From a virus, in the IMG/VR virus record IMGVR_UViG_3300027747_001183: a stretch of DNA of 64,000 nucleotides; one strand, written 5' to 3'. Each line of letters begins with the position of its first letter. The stretch's first letter is position 1. The notes under the pieces were generated by a model. That model had not been told where the DNA came from. It did no database searches and worked only from the letters and a program-made list of their open reading frames with translations. Below are positions 1 to 10,782 of this stretch, one piece after another. The position numbers and the translations under genes are program-made.

Positions 1-399
1 GTCCGAGTGGTCTGCAAAGCTGATCTGACCAACATACATAGTATTGCTGGCAGAGCTGTTTACAGTCAGTACCCTGAAAGTAGAGTTACCTCCCTGTATG
101 GCTACGTTTGCAGGCAGACCGAGGTTGGTTCTAGCTCCAGTCATAGTAACGTTTGCGCTGAAAGTAGTATTCGTTACTACTGCCAGTGGAGCCGCTACTG
201 TATTGTTTCCACCAGAGATATTGTTTGCGTATACGTTGGCGGCAGAGAATGAACCAGTTATAGCAGCGTTGCCAGTCGCAGTGTTTGAGTTTACCGTAAC
301 AACCTTGTTGGACATAGCGTCCGAAAGCACGTTCGTCTTCGTGATCCACTGACCAAAGCTGTCTGTCGTTACGTCGATGTTTGCTACTAATACAGTCAT
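1..399 (-). CDS. Tail fibre/whisker-like structural protein (5' part; runs off the window)
   Basis: Not in the ORF track. ATG at 399 overlaps the upstream stop and the frame is open to base 1: MTVLVANIDVTTDSFGQWITKTNVLSD... The DxFxxWxxKTN N-terminus is typical of T4-like fibre proteins; Asn/Thr/Ser-rich. Confidence 0.7.
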   Translation of the reverse strand, partial: MTVLVANIDVTTDSFGQWITKTNVLSDAMSNKVVTVNSNTATGNAAITGSFSAANVYANNISGGNNTVAAPLAVVTNTTFSANVTMTGARTNLGLPANVAIQGGNSTFRVLTVNSSASNTMYVGQISFADHSD

Positions 400-590
400 T
401 TATTCAGCTTCTCTAGTATCTGTGACATCATTTCTTTAAGCTCAGAAACGTCGTTCTTCATCTGCTCGAACTGCTTCTTCTCTTCTGTGAGCTTAGACCT
501 AGCTTCTCTGTATAGTTTGAGCCCAGTATTATCCGTGTTGACGATGGCGCCGGGATTTGACTGGAGTCTCTTTATACTCTCGTTATTCAT
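396..590 (-). CDS. Small coiled-coil hypothetical protein
   Basis: 64-aa ORF tightly coupled to both neighbours; C-terminal heptad pattern. Confidence 0.7.
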   Translation of the reverse strand: MNNESIKRLQSNPGAIVNTDNTGLKLYREARSKLTEEKKQFEQMKNDVSELKEMMSQILEKLNK

Positions 591-592
591 AT

Positions 593-3500
593 TTATACCT
601 GCAGCGCAATGGCTCTGATGTCGTTGATCAACGGCACCTTGACTGCATTAGAAGACAGAAGGACTATCTTTACTGCAAACATCTTGAAACCTACGAACTT
701 AGAACCGGCCGCATTAACGTAGGTGAGTATGCTTGAGTTGGTAGCGTCTAGGTATGCATCGTTGGTATTAGTCGCAGTAGACGGTATACCGAGCTCGTAT
801 TCATACATGTTAGACCTGTCAGTTGGGCTGCTGTATACTAGGTCGGTATTGTTTAGGTAGTTCAGCAGTGTCCAGTTCTTTGACTCAAACGTTTCTGGGT
901 CTGAGCTGTTCCAGAACTTGATGTACACTTTTACGTCAGTATTGAGAGGCCTATAGGCAGTCATTGCAAAGCTGATGTCTTCGGCTTCTTGCCCGTCCGC
1001 TAGAACTACTCTCTTAGAAACGTACTTAGTAGACGCGCTCCCGTATCTAGTGTATTCATTAGTCGCATCGTTGTTGATGATGTTCTTGACAAACAGAGAC
1101 GACTTCTGAGTAAGACTTATTACCGGCGATGCGTATGAAGAACCAGTATTTAACTTGATCCTAAACGTAGACGACTTGCTGCCGGACATCGCAGATACTT
1201 CGTTAGACTTACTTACGGCGTACCTAGGCTTATCGAGGTACTCATACTCAGTATCGCCGTGGACAGTAGTATAAGAAGTGTCTTTAACATACGAACCGTC
1301 TGTACCCTTGAATTCATAGTTGATAGAAGTCAATATCGGCTGGATAGTAGCGTACTTAGGAACTACTGCATGATACTCAAGGTTGTCTACGCTAGAGATA
1401 GTAGCAGTGGCAACTAGCTTGGAGCTGGTTATATAAGAAGTATTCGCCGGGTCTGGAGTCCTATAGATGCTTATGTTGTTTGCAGCTGCAAACTTCCCGT
1501 TCGTTGAGCTGTCTAGGTAGATAGCGTTTCTTGCTTCGTCGACGGACTGCACTGTCGCGAATGCCGCGGCATTTGTAGTGTTAGCCCCAAACGTAGAATT
1601 AGACGTGTAGACGACGTCGCCTACTTCGATCGCAGTGTTTGCATTTATTCTTGTAAATCCAGAGGTGGTGATGTACTCGTCGTCTTCATTGTTGAAGTAC
1701 GCGTAGTAGTCGCCGATGCTGAACGACGCCCTGTAGACGTTGAACTTGATGTCTTCTTTTTGGATTGCTGTCCATGCCTGCATGTTAGCAGATACGAACA
1801 TTATACCGCTGTATGGGTTGCTGAATACGTTCTCTCCAGTAGCTACGTCGGTACCGCCAGTCTCTGCAGTCCAGATCAGCCACTCAGGTGAGTTGCCGTC
1901 AGGTGCCATGATGAAGGCATAGCTCTTGCCGGCAGTAGCCATGAAAGGTTGGTCGAGAGCGATCTGAGTCTCTACTGCACCGGTAGCGCTGGTAGTAACT
2001 GCAGACGAGAGGATGTAACCCTTGCCTACTACGTTTGATATGTCTGGGTATCCATTATTAAGCTCAGCAACGTATACTGTAATACCATTGTTTGCGTTTG
2101 AATCTTTTGCAAAGAAGTATACGCCGATCTTAGTTACGTAGATACCGGATGAACCGTCTTCAGGTACCGATATACTGAACGACTGGGCGATAGGATCCCT
2201 AGCATCGGATACACTTATTGAAGTTGAACTAGAAGTAAGTGTCTGCGTCTGAGTATTGCTCGTATAAGATATCTTTGGCTGAGTAACGTTCAGGGTAGTG
2301 CTCTGCTTAGTCACCGAGATATTCTGACCGGTATAAGTTCCAGTCGCGCTCGTGATGATAGCGTCTGCTCCAGCAACAAGGTCGCTCACGTTTACTATGC
2401 GGAGTACCCTGTCGCCTGTCCTGAATGTACCTTCTGGAAGCTTGAACAGTCCATAGAGCTTTCCGTCTGCAGAAGTTACTAGAGCTGCTCCGTAGTTTCC
2501 ATTCTGATTTACGACTTCGTTCTCTTTACCTTCTGAAGTAGTAGTAACGCCTGATGGCAGACCCGGTGCGCAGTAAGCATCGACGTTCTTACCGTCAAAG
2601 AATACGTGCATAGTAGTATTTGGCTTGAGATTCTTAGCAACAAAGGCTACTACTCGACTTCTTAAGTATGGGTTGATAGAGAAGTCTGATACGTAGTTAC
2701 CCATATTGTACTTATCAGTAGTAGTATCTACTTTTATCTGAGATACAGTTCTCTGCTGAGTAGTCTGGGTTATTGTAGTAGTAGCTCTATTAAACGCGAT
2801 CCCACCGCCACCTGTCGAACCGTCACCACCGAACGCACTTATAATTGAACTACTAGAACTTGAAGACGTTCCAGTAGTTCTCCAGTCACCGTAGTTGGTA
2901 CCGAACGGTGAGTTGGCATAGTCTTTCCAAGCTGCTGAGTTGTCGATGTTAACGTTGACGTTTGCCGCTTGCTTCTCATCGCGAGCAAAGTCGAATGACG
3001 GGAACAGCTCTACGTTGCCGTTCCACTGCCATACTGACTCGGTGCAGTTTCTATACTTAGTGGCGTACGGCTGACGAATATACTGGACATGGGAGTACGG
3101 TATCATTACCGAAGAGCCAGTCCTTACAGTAGTCGACGTGCCCGAATCGTACATGAAGTCTACAGTGCTGTTAGAATAGTACGGTCTTAATACTGTCTGA
3201 TCGATATCTATAGCTGCCCTGTTTTCAATGTCGGATACGTCTGTAGAGTCTTTTGAGTTGAATGGATCTGCAAAGATGCCGTTCTTGAATCTGTTTAGGG
3301 CTGGGTTTGAAGCAGAAGGGATGTTTAGATCTTTTGCCTGCTGCTCTAGCGCGTTTAAGACTACGTAGTACTCTAGCCTCTTGATACGGTTATCAAACTG
3401 AGTGATGTCGGCCATAGTGTAGCGCTTAGTAGTCTTGATAGAGATAGACATAGAAAGGTCTCTTCTATTGTAAGTCTCTGCTTCTTTGACGGTAAGCGAT

Positions 3501-6373
3501 GGATACGGAGGTACGAATACCTCAGCTATAGGCATAACGTCGTTTTCAATGAAAGGTATCTTAGGAATGACTGCAGACTCGCCCTTCTTAGGTACGATAG
3601 TTCCTTCTTTGCTCATTGTAATGATATCATACCTAGGCAGATAGTATTCAAAGTCGGCAGTAAAAGTAGTGTCTGGGTCTGCAATGTACTGGTTAGTTGA
3701 ACCGATGTTGAACGAAGTGTTAGAAACTACTGGATTGATAGTAGCAGACGAGATCGTTGAAGTGACGACTGCAGTATTATACTTCACAGGCCTAAAGTCA
3801 ATAGCGTTTCTAAGATCGATATATCCCTTGTTTGAGTTAAAAGTAGGGATCTGCGCAGTAGTGATAGCAGTAGTATTAGAAGTATTTGCATCGTCGATAG
3901 GGTAGGAATCGACAGTAAAGAAGCCGACACCTGCAGCAGTGTTTGCAGTAAAGTGGTCTAGCTCTACGAGCAGCTTTGAAGACGCTGAGATCTGGCTTGA
4001 GTATATCGGCTTGATGTATAGCTTACCGTGATCGTATAGGTCGTCTCTCTGACCATTATCTACGTAGAACCAAGTGCTTCTTTCTGGATTCGTATTTGCG
4101 TATGAAGTGCCGACGTATATGTTTCTGACTCTCATGATGTCGATTAGACCAAGATCCCATGGTCCGACGGTACCGGCTGCGTTGTTTGAGCAGTCGATCT
4201 TTACGAAAGTGCTCTCATGAATTTCTTTCTTCGCTGCTACTGCAGTAGCCTTGCTTACTGGATAAGAAGCATACACAGTAAGAGTAGTAGGCAGGGTCAG
4301 ACCGGTGTTGACCTTGAACGATATTCCACCGGCTATCGCGTTGATTGACGTGATATTAAAGATATGACCTTCTGGATAGTAGTGGGCTACGTTGTAAGTA
4401 GCGTAAGACGCTCCAGGTGTAGTCGCGAGAGTCAGCGAAGTAGCATTTGATACTGCGTTGATCTGGTATAAGACCGACGTAGAAGAGTTTGCTACCCTGA
4501 TAAGCTCACCGTTTGCAAATACAGTACTGAATGAAGTCGACGTGCCTGTAACTACTGTACAGCCGCTAGTTATAGATACTGAACCTGCTACGTTAGACGA
4601 GTAGGTAGCAGAAGCTGCAGTGACGTTGAACTTATTGAGTACAGATGCGCTGGCATAGTCGCCTACGCTGATTCCAAGCCTCTCAGTACCGCCGGCTGCA
4701 GCAGTATCTAGGTTAAACGTCGCAGTACCGTTTGCAGCCATAGTAGTGCTGCTGATCTGACGATAGTAGAAAGTCGAGTCTGTAGCAGAAGCACCGTTGA
4801 CTACTAGAGACTTAATAGCTCCGAAGCCAGTAGGGAATACTGCAGCTGAAGTAGTAGAGTCCTTGAGTACCGCTACTCCGCTCTCAAGTATGGCGTCTGC
4901 CTTTGCATAGCCGGAGCCGCTGACGTTCTGATAGAAGCTTCTTACCTGTGAGAAGCTCTTTCCAGAGTTCATGCGAACGTTGAAGATATAGAGAGCGTAC
5001 TGAGTAGTATACAGGCCCTTAGTTCCGGAATAGTACTGCATGCCCCTTACGTTGGCGTATCCAATAATGTTTCCAGAAGGAGCTGCAGATGCCTGTTCAC
5101 GATCAGACATTGAAGTCTGAGCAGTGTCGTATAGAGTTACTTCGGACAGAGTCTCGTTGTTGAATAGACCCTCTACTTCTTGTACGATGACGTAGTTGCC
5201 AAAGTTGGCAGTCACGCCGATGTTCTGCTCGATGTTAGTGTTTACCGCGCGCGCACCGTCTACGTATACAGTATCGATCTTTTCGACCGCGTATCCCTTT
5301 ACGTAGGCTAGACCCGGAGAGACCTTATAGTAGAATGAACCAGTATTTGCTGAGTTGGCTTCTGAGTCGATAAAGAACGGACGAACGACGTAGTCTCCAG
5401 ACTCGTCATAGGTTCTCTTTGCCATCGAGTCCATGAGCTGTGCTGTAGGATCGTTAGTCGCCTTCTGCGTGACTTTATTTGAGTTCTCAAACTCGGCGAT
5501 AGCAAAGAAGTTGTTCGATACCTCAGTCCTTAGCTTGCCTACTAGTGTAGGAGTCATCTTTAGGCGATGGGCACCTGGAGCGTTGTAGTTAGTAGATCCA
5601 TTGGCGTTGTCGTTTAGAGAGTAGTCTTGATTCTCAGTAACTACAGACTCTTCAGTCTCAAAGCCGATTACGTAGTTGTTGACTTGCTGGTCGTAGTTTC
5701 TAACCACGATAGTCTGCGTACCTACAGTAGAAAAGAATCCTTTCTGGTAGATAATACCATCGGATACGGTAATGCCGTATCCATAGCCAGTAGAGTCGAC
5801 TGATGAATTTGATGTTATTACAGAGATGCTGTCGATTAGCTTACCGGCGTCCAGCGCTGCAGACTTAGTCTGAGAAGTATTGTAGACGTACAGCGTATCT
5901 CCAGAAGCAAACTCATGAATGTCGTTGTTAGAACCGTCTTTACCGGTAGAGATATAGTCTAGATACCAGCGGTTTGTATCTGGGTAGTTAGCCTTGTAGC
6001 CGCGCGCCGAATAAGCGATATACGCCTTTACGGCAGTAGTATTGTTCGCGCTGTTTGTAATCAGGTACTCGTTGTTGAATTCTGTTACGGCTCTTGAAGT
6101 ATTCGAGGTGAAGGTATCAGCTAGTCTTACGAATGGAAGCTTTGATCTGTAAGTAATGTGAACGCCGTCTACGATAGAACCGTCTTTAAAGCTGTAGTCG
6201 CTGAGACGGGAGATCTGGTTCTGAAGGATAGTCTGGAGCTGATTTAACTCTCTTGCCTGAACGGCGACTGATGGTCTGAAGAGAATCCTGTAGTATCCAT
6301 TGCCCTCGTCAAAGTCATCTAGGTAGGTAGTCTGCAGAACAGTTGCTATGTTATTACTAAGAGAAGTTGGCAT
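593..6373 (-). CDS. Large virion structural protein, VrlC/DUF4815-like
   Basis: N-terminal YxDDFD..YYRILFRP..AVQARELNQLQ motif; DPIAQSF and QxEDIKF motifs; position next to gp8. Confidence 0.85.
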   Translation of the reverse strand: MPTSLSNNIATVLQTTYLDDFDEGNGYYRILFRPSVAVQARELNQLQTILQNQISRLSDYSFKDGSIVDGVHITYRSKLPFVRLADTFTSNTSRAVTEFNNEYLITNSANNTTAVKAYIAYSARGYKANYPDTNRWYLDYISTGKDGSNNDIHEFASGDTLYVYNTSQTKSAALDAGKLIDSISVITSNSSVDSTGYGYGITVSDGIIYQKGFFSTVGTQTIVVRNYDQQVNNYVIGFETEESVVTENQDYSLNDNANGSTNYNAPGAHRLKMTPTLVGKLRTEVSNNFFAIAEFENSNKVTQKATNDPTAQLMDSMAKRTYDESGDYVVRPFFIDSEANSANTGSFYYKVSPGLAYVKGYAVEKIDTVYVDGARAVNTNIEQNIGVTANFGNYVIVQEVEGLFNNETLSEVTLYDTAQTSMSDREQASAAPSGNIIGYANVRGMQYYSGTKGLYTTQYALYIFNVRMNSGKSFSQVRSFYQNVSGSGYAKADAILESGVAVLKDSTTSAAVFPTGFGAIKSLVVNGASATDSTFYYRQISSTTMAANGTATFNLDTAAAGGTERLGISVGDYASASVLNKFNVTAASATYSSNVAGSVSITSGCTVVTGTSTSFSTVFANGELIRVANSSTSVLYQINAVSNATSLTLATTPGASYATYNVAHYYPEGHIFNITSINAIAGGISFKVNTGLTLPTTLTVYASYPVSKATAVAAKKEIHESTFVKIDCSNNAAGTVGPWDLGLIDIMRVRNIYVGTSYANTNPERSTWFYVDNGQRDDLYDHGKLYIKPIYSSQISASSKLLVELDHFTANTAAGVGFFTVDSYPIDDANTSNTTAITTAQIPTFNSNKGYIDLRNAIDFRPVKYNTAVVTSTISSATINPVVSNTSFNIGSTNQYIADPDTTFTADFEYYLPRYDIITMSKEGTIVPKKGESAVIPKIPFIENDVMPIAEVFVPPYPSLTVKEAETYNRRDLSMSISIKTTKRYTMADITQFDNRIKRLEYYVVLNALEQQAKDLNIPSASNPALNRFKNGIFADPFNSKDSTDVSDIENRAAIDIDQTVLRPYYSNSTVDFMYDSGTSTTVRTGSSVMIPYSHVQYIRQPYATKYRNCTESVWQWNGNVELFPSFDFARDEKQAANVNVNIDNSAAWKDYANSPFGTNYGDWRTTGTSSSSSSSIISAFGGDGSTGGGGIAFNRATTTITQTTQQRTVSQIKVDTTTDKYNMGNYVSDFSINPYLRSRVVAFVAKNLKPNTTMHVFFDGKNVDAYCAPGLPSGVTTTSEGKENEVVNQNGNYGAALVTSADGKLYGLFKLPEGTFRTGDRVLRIVNVSDLVAGADAIITSATGTYTGQNISVTKQSTTLNVTQPKISYTSNTQTQTLTSSSTSISVSDARDPIAQSFSISVPEDGSSGIYVTKIGVYFFAKDSNANNGITVYVAELNNGYPDISNVVGKGYILSSAVTTSATGAVETQIALDQPFMATAGKSYAFIMAPDGNSPEWLIWTAETGGTDVATGENVFSNPYSGIMFVSANMQAWTAIQKEDIKFNVYRASFSIGDYYAYFNNEDDEYITTSGFTRINANTAIEVGDVVYTSNSTFGANTTNAAAFATVQSVDEARNAIYLDSSTNGKFAAANNISIYRTPDPANTSYITSSKLVATATISSVDNLEYHAVVPKYATIQPILTSINYEFKGTDGSYVKDTSYTTVHGDTEYEYLDKPRYAVSKSNEVSAMSGSKSSTFRIKLNTGSSYASPVISLTQKSSLFVKNIINNDATNEYTRYGSASTKYVSKRVVLADGQEAEDISFAMTAYRPLNTDVKVYIKFWNSSDPETFESKNWTLLNYLNNTDLVYSSPTDRSNMYEYELGIPSTATNTNDAYLDATNSSILTYVNAAGSKFVGFKMFAVKIVLLSSNAVKVPLINDIRAIALQV

Positions 6374-6382
6374 CTCGGTTCC

Positions 6383-8182
6383 TTAAAGTGTGACTATCAG
6401 ATAACCCTGCTCGTTGTCCGTGTTCGAGCGCTGGATATATTCAACATTGTCAATGTGCATCACCCTGAAGTCGAGTGGCGCGATGTCTGGATTATTTATA
6501 CCATTAGGATTGATAGTCGCTGCTACCGATGAAGAAGTTCCAGTAATTGTTTCACCGTATGTGCTGTTTGTAGAGAACGTTCTCTGATTGAGTATCGATA
6601 CCTTAGCAACGGTCGAGTTTGCAAATCCAACGTATGCCAGCGTGCCGCTGCTTGCTCCGACGATGAGTTCATTCTTAGAAAACGTCGAAGCGCCGGTAGT
6701 GATACTCAGTACTGTAAGCGCGTTGAAGGTATTTGAAGAGAAAGTAGCGTTCGAGTAGAGAGTGTGGCCAGTCTCCGATGCACCAGACGTCAGGTTGATA
6801 ACTGCGCCGTCTAGCGTGTTAGAGAGCTGTACTGTAGTCGAGTTAGAAGCAGCCACGAAGTAGTACTGACCGTTTGCCAGACCAGACACTGAGGTGTTTC
6901 CAGTAGATACTACGTACCTGACCAGGTCCCCGCCCCTGAAAGTAGTATTGGCGTTTACTATAGATATGGTGTCGTAGGTGTTCGAGATGCCGGTATTAGA
7001 GTTGAACGTGAGGCTGGCAGACGGCGTCGTATACTTTTGAGGTGCAGTGATGATGCCGCCCTGCCTGAATGAAACTTCAGAAGATATTGAGCCGCTCTCG
7101 CTGTTGTTGAAGAACACCGACATGCCGATGTGCTTAGAACCAAGCTCAGTCGCTACGTCTGCTCCATGACCGCCGAACGGCGGTATGACTGCCCTCGCAG
7201 TACCGCCTGAACCGTAGGTAGGATTAGATATGATTGATACGTTGGCGTATGTGTAGCCGCTGCCGTTGCTTAGGACGGTGATCCTGTTTATAGAGTAAGA
7301 TGCAGTGTTGACTGTGCAGAATGCCTTTGCACCGGTGCCGTCTCCCGCTATCGATATCTGAGGAGCGATCCTGAACTCAGAAGTCACGTCTAGAACTGGA
7401 GAAGTAAGTGGGTTGGTAGTGTACACGAAGTGTCCGGAGCTGTTTACTATATAGTTAGATACGGTAGTAAGCTGACCCTCACCAGTTCCCTGAGTGATGT
7501 AGAATCCAGATGTATTGTAGTAGAAGTTATCTACTGACAGAATGCCGGGAGACTCTACCTGAAATATGGTATTGGATATGACGCTCTTGACAGAGCCAGA
7601 TATGTAACCAGTGTATCCAGAACCCGGATTGGTTACGAGTAAGACGTCTATTGAGCCGTTTGACGCAGCAGAAGATACCGCAGTATTCGGCTCAATCGGC
7701 ATGAAGCTGCTGGTAGAGAACTTACTGTTGTTTGCAGAGCTTATGGTATACATGTACTTCCAGATATAGCCGTCGGATGTCTGAAAGCTAGAAGTCTGGA
7801 CTAGAGTAGGCTCAGTAGTAGAAGGGGTGCCGTTGTTGTTGAAAAGACACTTATATACGTTGTTGTACGAGTTGAGCACGTAGAAGGGTTTAGTGTACAT
7901 AAGCTCGTCAGAGTCGTCGTACTGTGTGAATACAGTACCGCTCTGCCAGAAGTGTCTCTCTACGAGTCCAATGATAGCGTCTGGCTTTATCCTCTTTCCG
8001 AAAAGGATATTTCTCTTGAATTCATTGATGGCCTTAGTAGTGTCTATGGCAGCATCTGGGTTGTTCTCGTCACCCCATGGCAGGAACCTACTAGCCGCAA
8101 AGTAATAGACGTTTCCACTGATCTCGCTAATGAAAGACTGCGCTACTTTTTTACTGAAGAACTTCGTAGTTATATTAGACAT
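6383..8182 (-). CDS. gp8: Baseplate wedge subunit gp8-like
   Basis: FYVLNSYNNVYKCLFNN and SDGYIWKYMYTI motifs; PPFGGHG; synteny. Confidence 0.85.
   Translation of the reverse strand: MSNITTKFFSKKVAQSFISEISGNVYYFAASRFLPWGDENNPDAAIDTTKAINEFKRNILFGKRIKPDAIIGLVERHFWQSGTVFTQYDDSDELMYTKPFYVLNSYNNVYKCLFNNNGTPSTTEPTLVQTSSFQTSDGYIWKYMYTISSANNSKFSTSSFMPIEPNTAVSSAASNGSIDVLLVTNPGSGYTGYISGSVKSVISNTIFQVESPGILSVDNFYYNTSGFYITQGTGEGQLTTVSNYIVNSSGHFVYTTNPLTSPVLDVTSEFRIAPQISIAGDGTGAKAFCTVNTASYSINRITVLSNGSGYTYANVSIISNPTYGSGGTARAVIPPFGGHGADVATELGSKHIGMSVFFNNSESGSISSEVSFRQGGIITAPQKYTTPSASLTFNSNTGISNTYDTISIVNANTTFRGGDLVRYVVSTGNTSVSGLANGQYYFVAASNSTTVQLSNTLDGAVINLTSGASETGHTLYSNATFSSNTFNALTVLSITTGASTFSKNELIVGASSGTLAYVGFANSTVAKVSILNQRTFSTNSTYGETITGTSSSVAATINPNGINNPDIAPLDFRVMHIDNVEYIQRSNTDNEQGYLIVTL
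6493..6500 (-). promoter_or_regulatory. Possible T4-type late promoter for the VrlC-like gene
   Basis: TATAAATA on the minus strand about 120 nt upstream of the VrlC-like start, inside gp8. Confidence 0.4.
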
Positions 8183-8190
8183 AGTCTACC

Positions 8191-10779
8191 TTATGGGAAT
8201 GCTTGTGTGCCGTTTGCGTAGTAGACCTTCAGGGCAGTAGCCTGAGTCACTACGTTAGATCCATTCAGCGTGATCTGATTAGCCGTGACGTATGTATTTA
8301 CAGTAGTGTTTCCAAGCGTCATCGAAGTAGCGTTGATAGTGTTAGCTAGGATCGACGTGCTGAATGTGATGGTGTTCTGGAATGTCTGAGTGTTGGACCA
8401 AGTATACTGAGCAGCAGTATTTGTACCGACGATAGTAGACCAGTAGATGGCAGAGCCGTTGGTAGTAAGCGCTTGACCGGCAGAACCAAACCCACCGTTT
8501 GCCCAGATACCCGTAGTGCTCGAGAATCCTATGTTAGCTCCAGTATGATACAAGTTACCAGACAGAGTGCGAGAGTCTGTATTCTGTACGAAGTAGTATC
8601 CATTTGAGCCGACGAGGTTTAGAGTGTTGTTAGCCGCAAACGCTCCCCAGTACATGGAAGAGCCGTTTGATATGAGTACCTGGTCTTGAGTACCAAAGCC
8701 GCCGTTTGCTATGAGTACGTTTCCATTTGCAAACACTACGTTCGCCGTGTGTGTACGTACACCTGAGATGGTAAACGCGCCGGTATTTGTCAGGTAGTTG
8801 GCTGCAGCCGTCCCGCCGAGATACGCTGAGTTGTTAGCAGTATTCGAAGTAGAAGAGTTGTTGACGTTTAGGTTAGACTCAGTCTTGCCATTTAAGTAGC
8901 CGGCTGCGTTGGCAGTAAGCGTAGCCACGTTTGCCGATAGGCCAGCAGTAGTCTGGTATCCCGAAGCTGCAAGTCCGCCGAGATAAGAAGAGTTGTTCGC
9001 AGTATAAGACAGACCAGTAAAGACGCTTGAGTTTACTGTCTGTCCAGAAAGACTTATCTGACCTGCAGTAATGTTTGTGTTTACAGTTGAGTTGCCTACG
9101 AAGTGCGAAGTGGCGTTGATGTATACGTTAGCGCCTGCAGCTACAGCCGAGGTGTTTACCGTTACACCAGTAGTAGTGAAAGAGTTGGCATTTGCAGTGG
9201 CAGTATGGTACATGCCAGAAGTATTGGCGATGAAGTTAGCGCCCACCGTGATAAGTGCAGAGTTTACACTCGTAGACAGGTTAGCAGTAACGCCTGAGAT
9301 GCTGCCGGTCACGTTTAAGTTTGAAGTGATCGATGTATTTGTACCAGCAAGTGTGGTATTAGAAGCGAAAGCAGTATTTGTAGTATTGACGTAGAGGTTA
9401 GCACCGCTGAAGCTTGAGTTTACAGTCTTAGATGCAGAAGTAGAGTTGACTGTAAAGTATGACGCGATATTCGCCGACGTAGCTGCGTACAGGGTAGCAG
9501 TGTTTACCTGACCGGTGATGTTTACCGCTGCTGCGTTTACGAGTGTAGAGTTGGCAGTAAATGTTGCCGATGCCTGTATAGTCGCGCCGTTGACTATGCC
9601 AGATGCATACACGCCAGAGTTGTTCGCTACTACAGCGCCGTTGACGCTGAGAGTGCCGGCTTGAATATTCGTGTTTACTGTAGAGTTTCCTACGAAGAAG
9701 TTCGTAGTGTTCATGTAGACGTTGGCTCCGACGTACATAGAAGTCGAAGCGTTGGCGGTACCTGTAATGTCTGCTCCTGCAGACCCAGTAATCAGGCCCG
9801 AAGAGTTGATAGTATTCGCGTTAATGACCCAGCGATTGGTAGCAGAACCGAGAGCAGTACCTACTGTATTGGACGCTGGGTAAGATCCAGAAGTATTGGC
9901 TACGTTATTTGCGATCTGTACTGCGGTAGACGTGATCACTGTATTCACGGTACCGTTACCTACAGTGAGCGACGTCGCTCCGGACTTAGTGTTGCCGATG
10001 TTGACGTTTGACCCAGCATCGATGCGCATGGCTTCATCGGATACCATCTGTCCGTTCGAGAAGAACTTGATGACAGACCTGCCGGCAACGCCGATCGCTA
10101 GGTTAGAAGCCCCAGTATATAGGTAGCCTTCGTTTGGCCCAGTAATCGTCCATGTGGCATTTGAGTATGCCGAGCTGTCGATGCCGATGCCGATGAAGTT
10201 GTTTGAGCTGGTTCCAGCATCGTTGTACAGTGCAAGGTCAGAGGAGGCATTGATGCCAGAGTTGCTGTTGTATATGTATACCTGGAAGTAGTTGTTTACG
10301 TTTCCAAGGAACTGGCCGCCAGCTAGAGAAGTAGAACTGTATCCGAATACGGTGTTGACAGACGAGTTGCCGATGCTCAAGATCCTGTCGAGCACCATGT
10401 TATTGGAAGTGTCGTCGTAGTAGAAGTTAACGTTTGCGCCGCCGATGTTGAATCCACCACCGTTTGCCTGCGCGCTGTTAGCTGCACCGTACGCGATCTG
10501 TATGTTAGTGTCTTTGATCTCAAGGACGTTTGTATTAACGTATGTAGTAGTACCAGATACCGTTAAGTTGCCGGTAAAGACTGCATCCCTGAACTGAACG
10601 TTACTCGTAGTAGAGACGTTCTGATCCATAGTGTATGGAAGTCTTGCTACCGGGAGTGTGCCTGTATTCGCGTTACTTGAGTCTGCAGCAAAGGCTACAG
10701 TCTGGGCAAATACGCCGTTGAGGTCTACGGCCGTTAATATCTGACCCGCTGAGAAGCTGTATGTTGAATTCGCTGGCAT
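8191..10779 (-). CDS. Tail fibre / baseplate-associated beta-rich structural protein
   Basis: GNLTVSGTTTYVN and GSAGQALTTNGSAIYW fibre motifs; N/S/T/G/A-rich; lies between gp7 and gp8. Confidence 0.7.
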   Translation of the reverse strand: MPANSTYSFSAGQILTAVDLNGVFAQTVAFAADSSNANTGTLPVARLPYTMDQNVSTTSNVQFRDAVFTGNLTVSGTTTYVNTNVLEIKDTNIQIAYGAANSAQANGGGFNIGGANVNFYYDDTSNNMVLDRILSIGNSSVNTVFGYSSTSLAGGQFLGNVNNYFQVYIYNSNSGINASSDLALYNDAGTSSNNFIGIGIDSSAYSNATWTITGPNEGYLYTGASNLAIGVAGRSVIKFFSNGQMVSDEAMRIDAGSNVNIGNTKSGATSLTVGNGTVNTVITSTAVQIANNVANTSGSYPASNTVGTALGSATNRWVINANTINSSGLITGSAGADITGTANASTSMYVGANVYMNTTNFFVGNSTVNTNIQAGTLSVNGAVVANNSGVYASGIVNGATIQASATFTANSTLVNAAAVNITGQVNTATLYAATSANIASYFTVNSTSASKTVNSSFSGANLYVNTTNTAFASNTTLAGTNTSITSNLNVTGSISGVTANLSTSVNSALITVGANFIANTSGMYHTATANANSFTTTGVTVNTSAVAAGANVYINATSHFVGNSTVNTNITAGQISLSGQTVNSSVFTGLSYTANNSSYLGGLAASGYQTTAGLSANVATLTANAAGYLNGKTESNLNVNNSSTSNTANNSAYLGGTAAANYLTNTGAFTISGVRTHTANVVFANGNVLIANGGFGTQDQVLISNGSSMYWGAFAANNTLNLVGSNGYYFVQNTDSRTLSGNLYHTGANIGFSSTTGIWANGGFGSAGQALTTNGSAIYWSTIVGTNTAAQYTWSNTQTFQNTITFSTSILANTINATSMTLGNTTVNTYVTANQITLNGSNVVTQATALKVYYANGTQAFP

Positions 10780-10782
10780 CTG

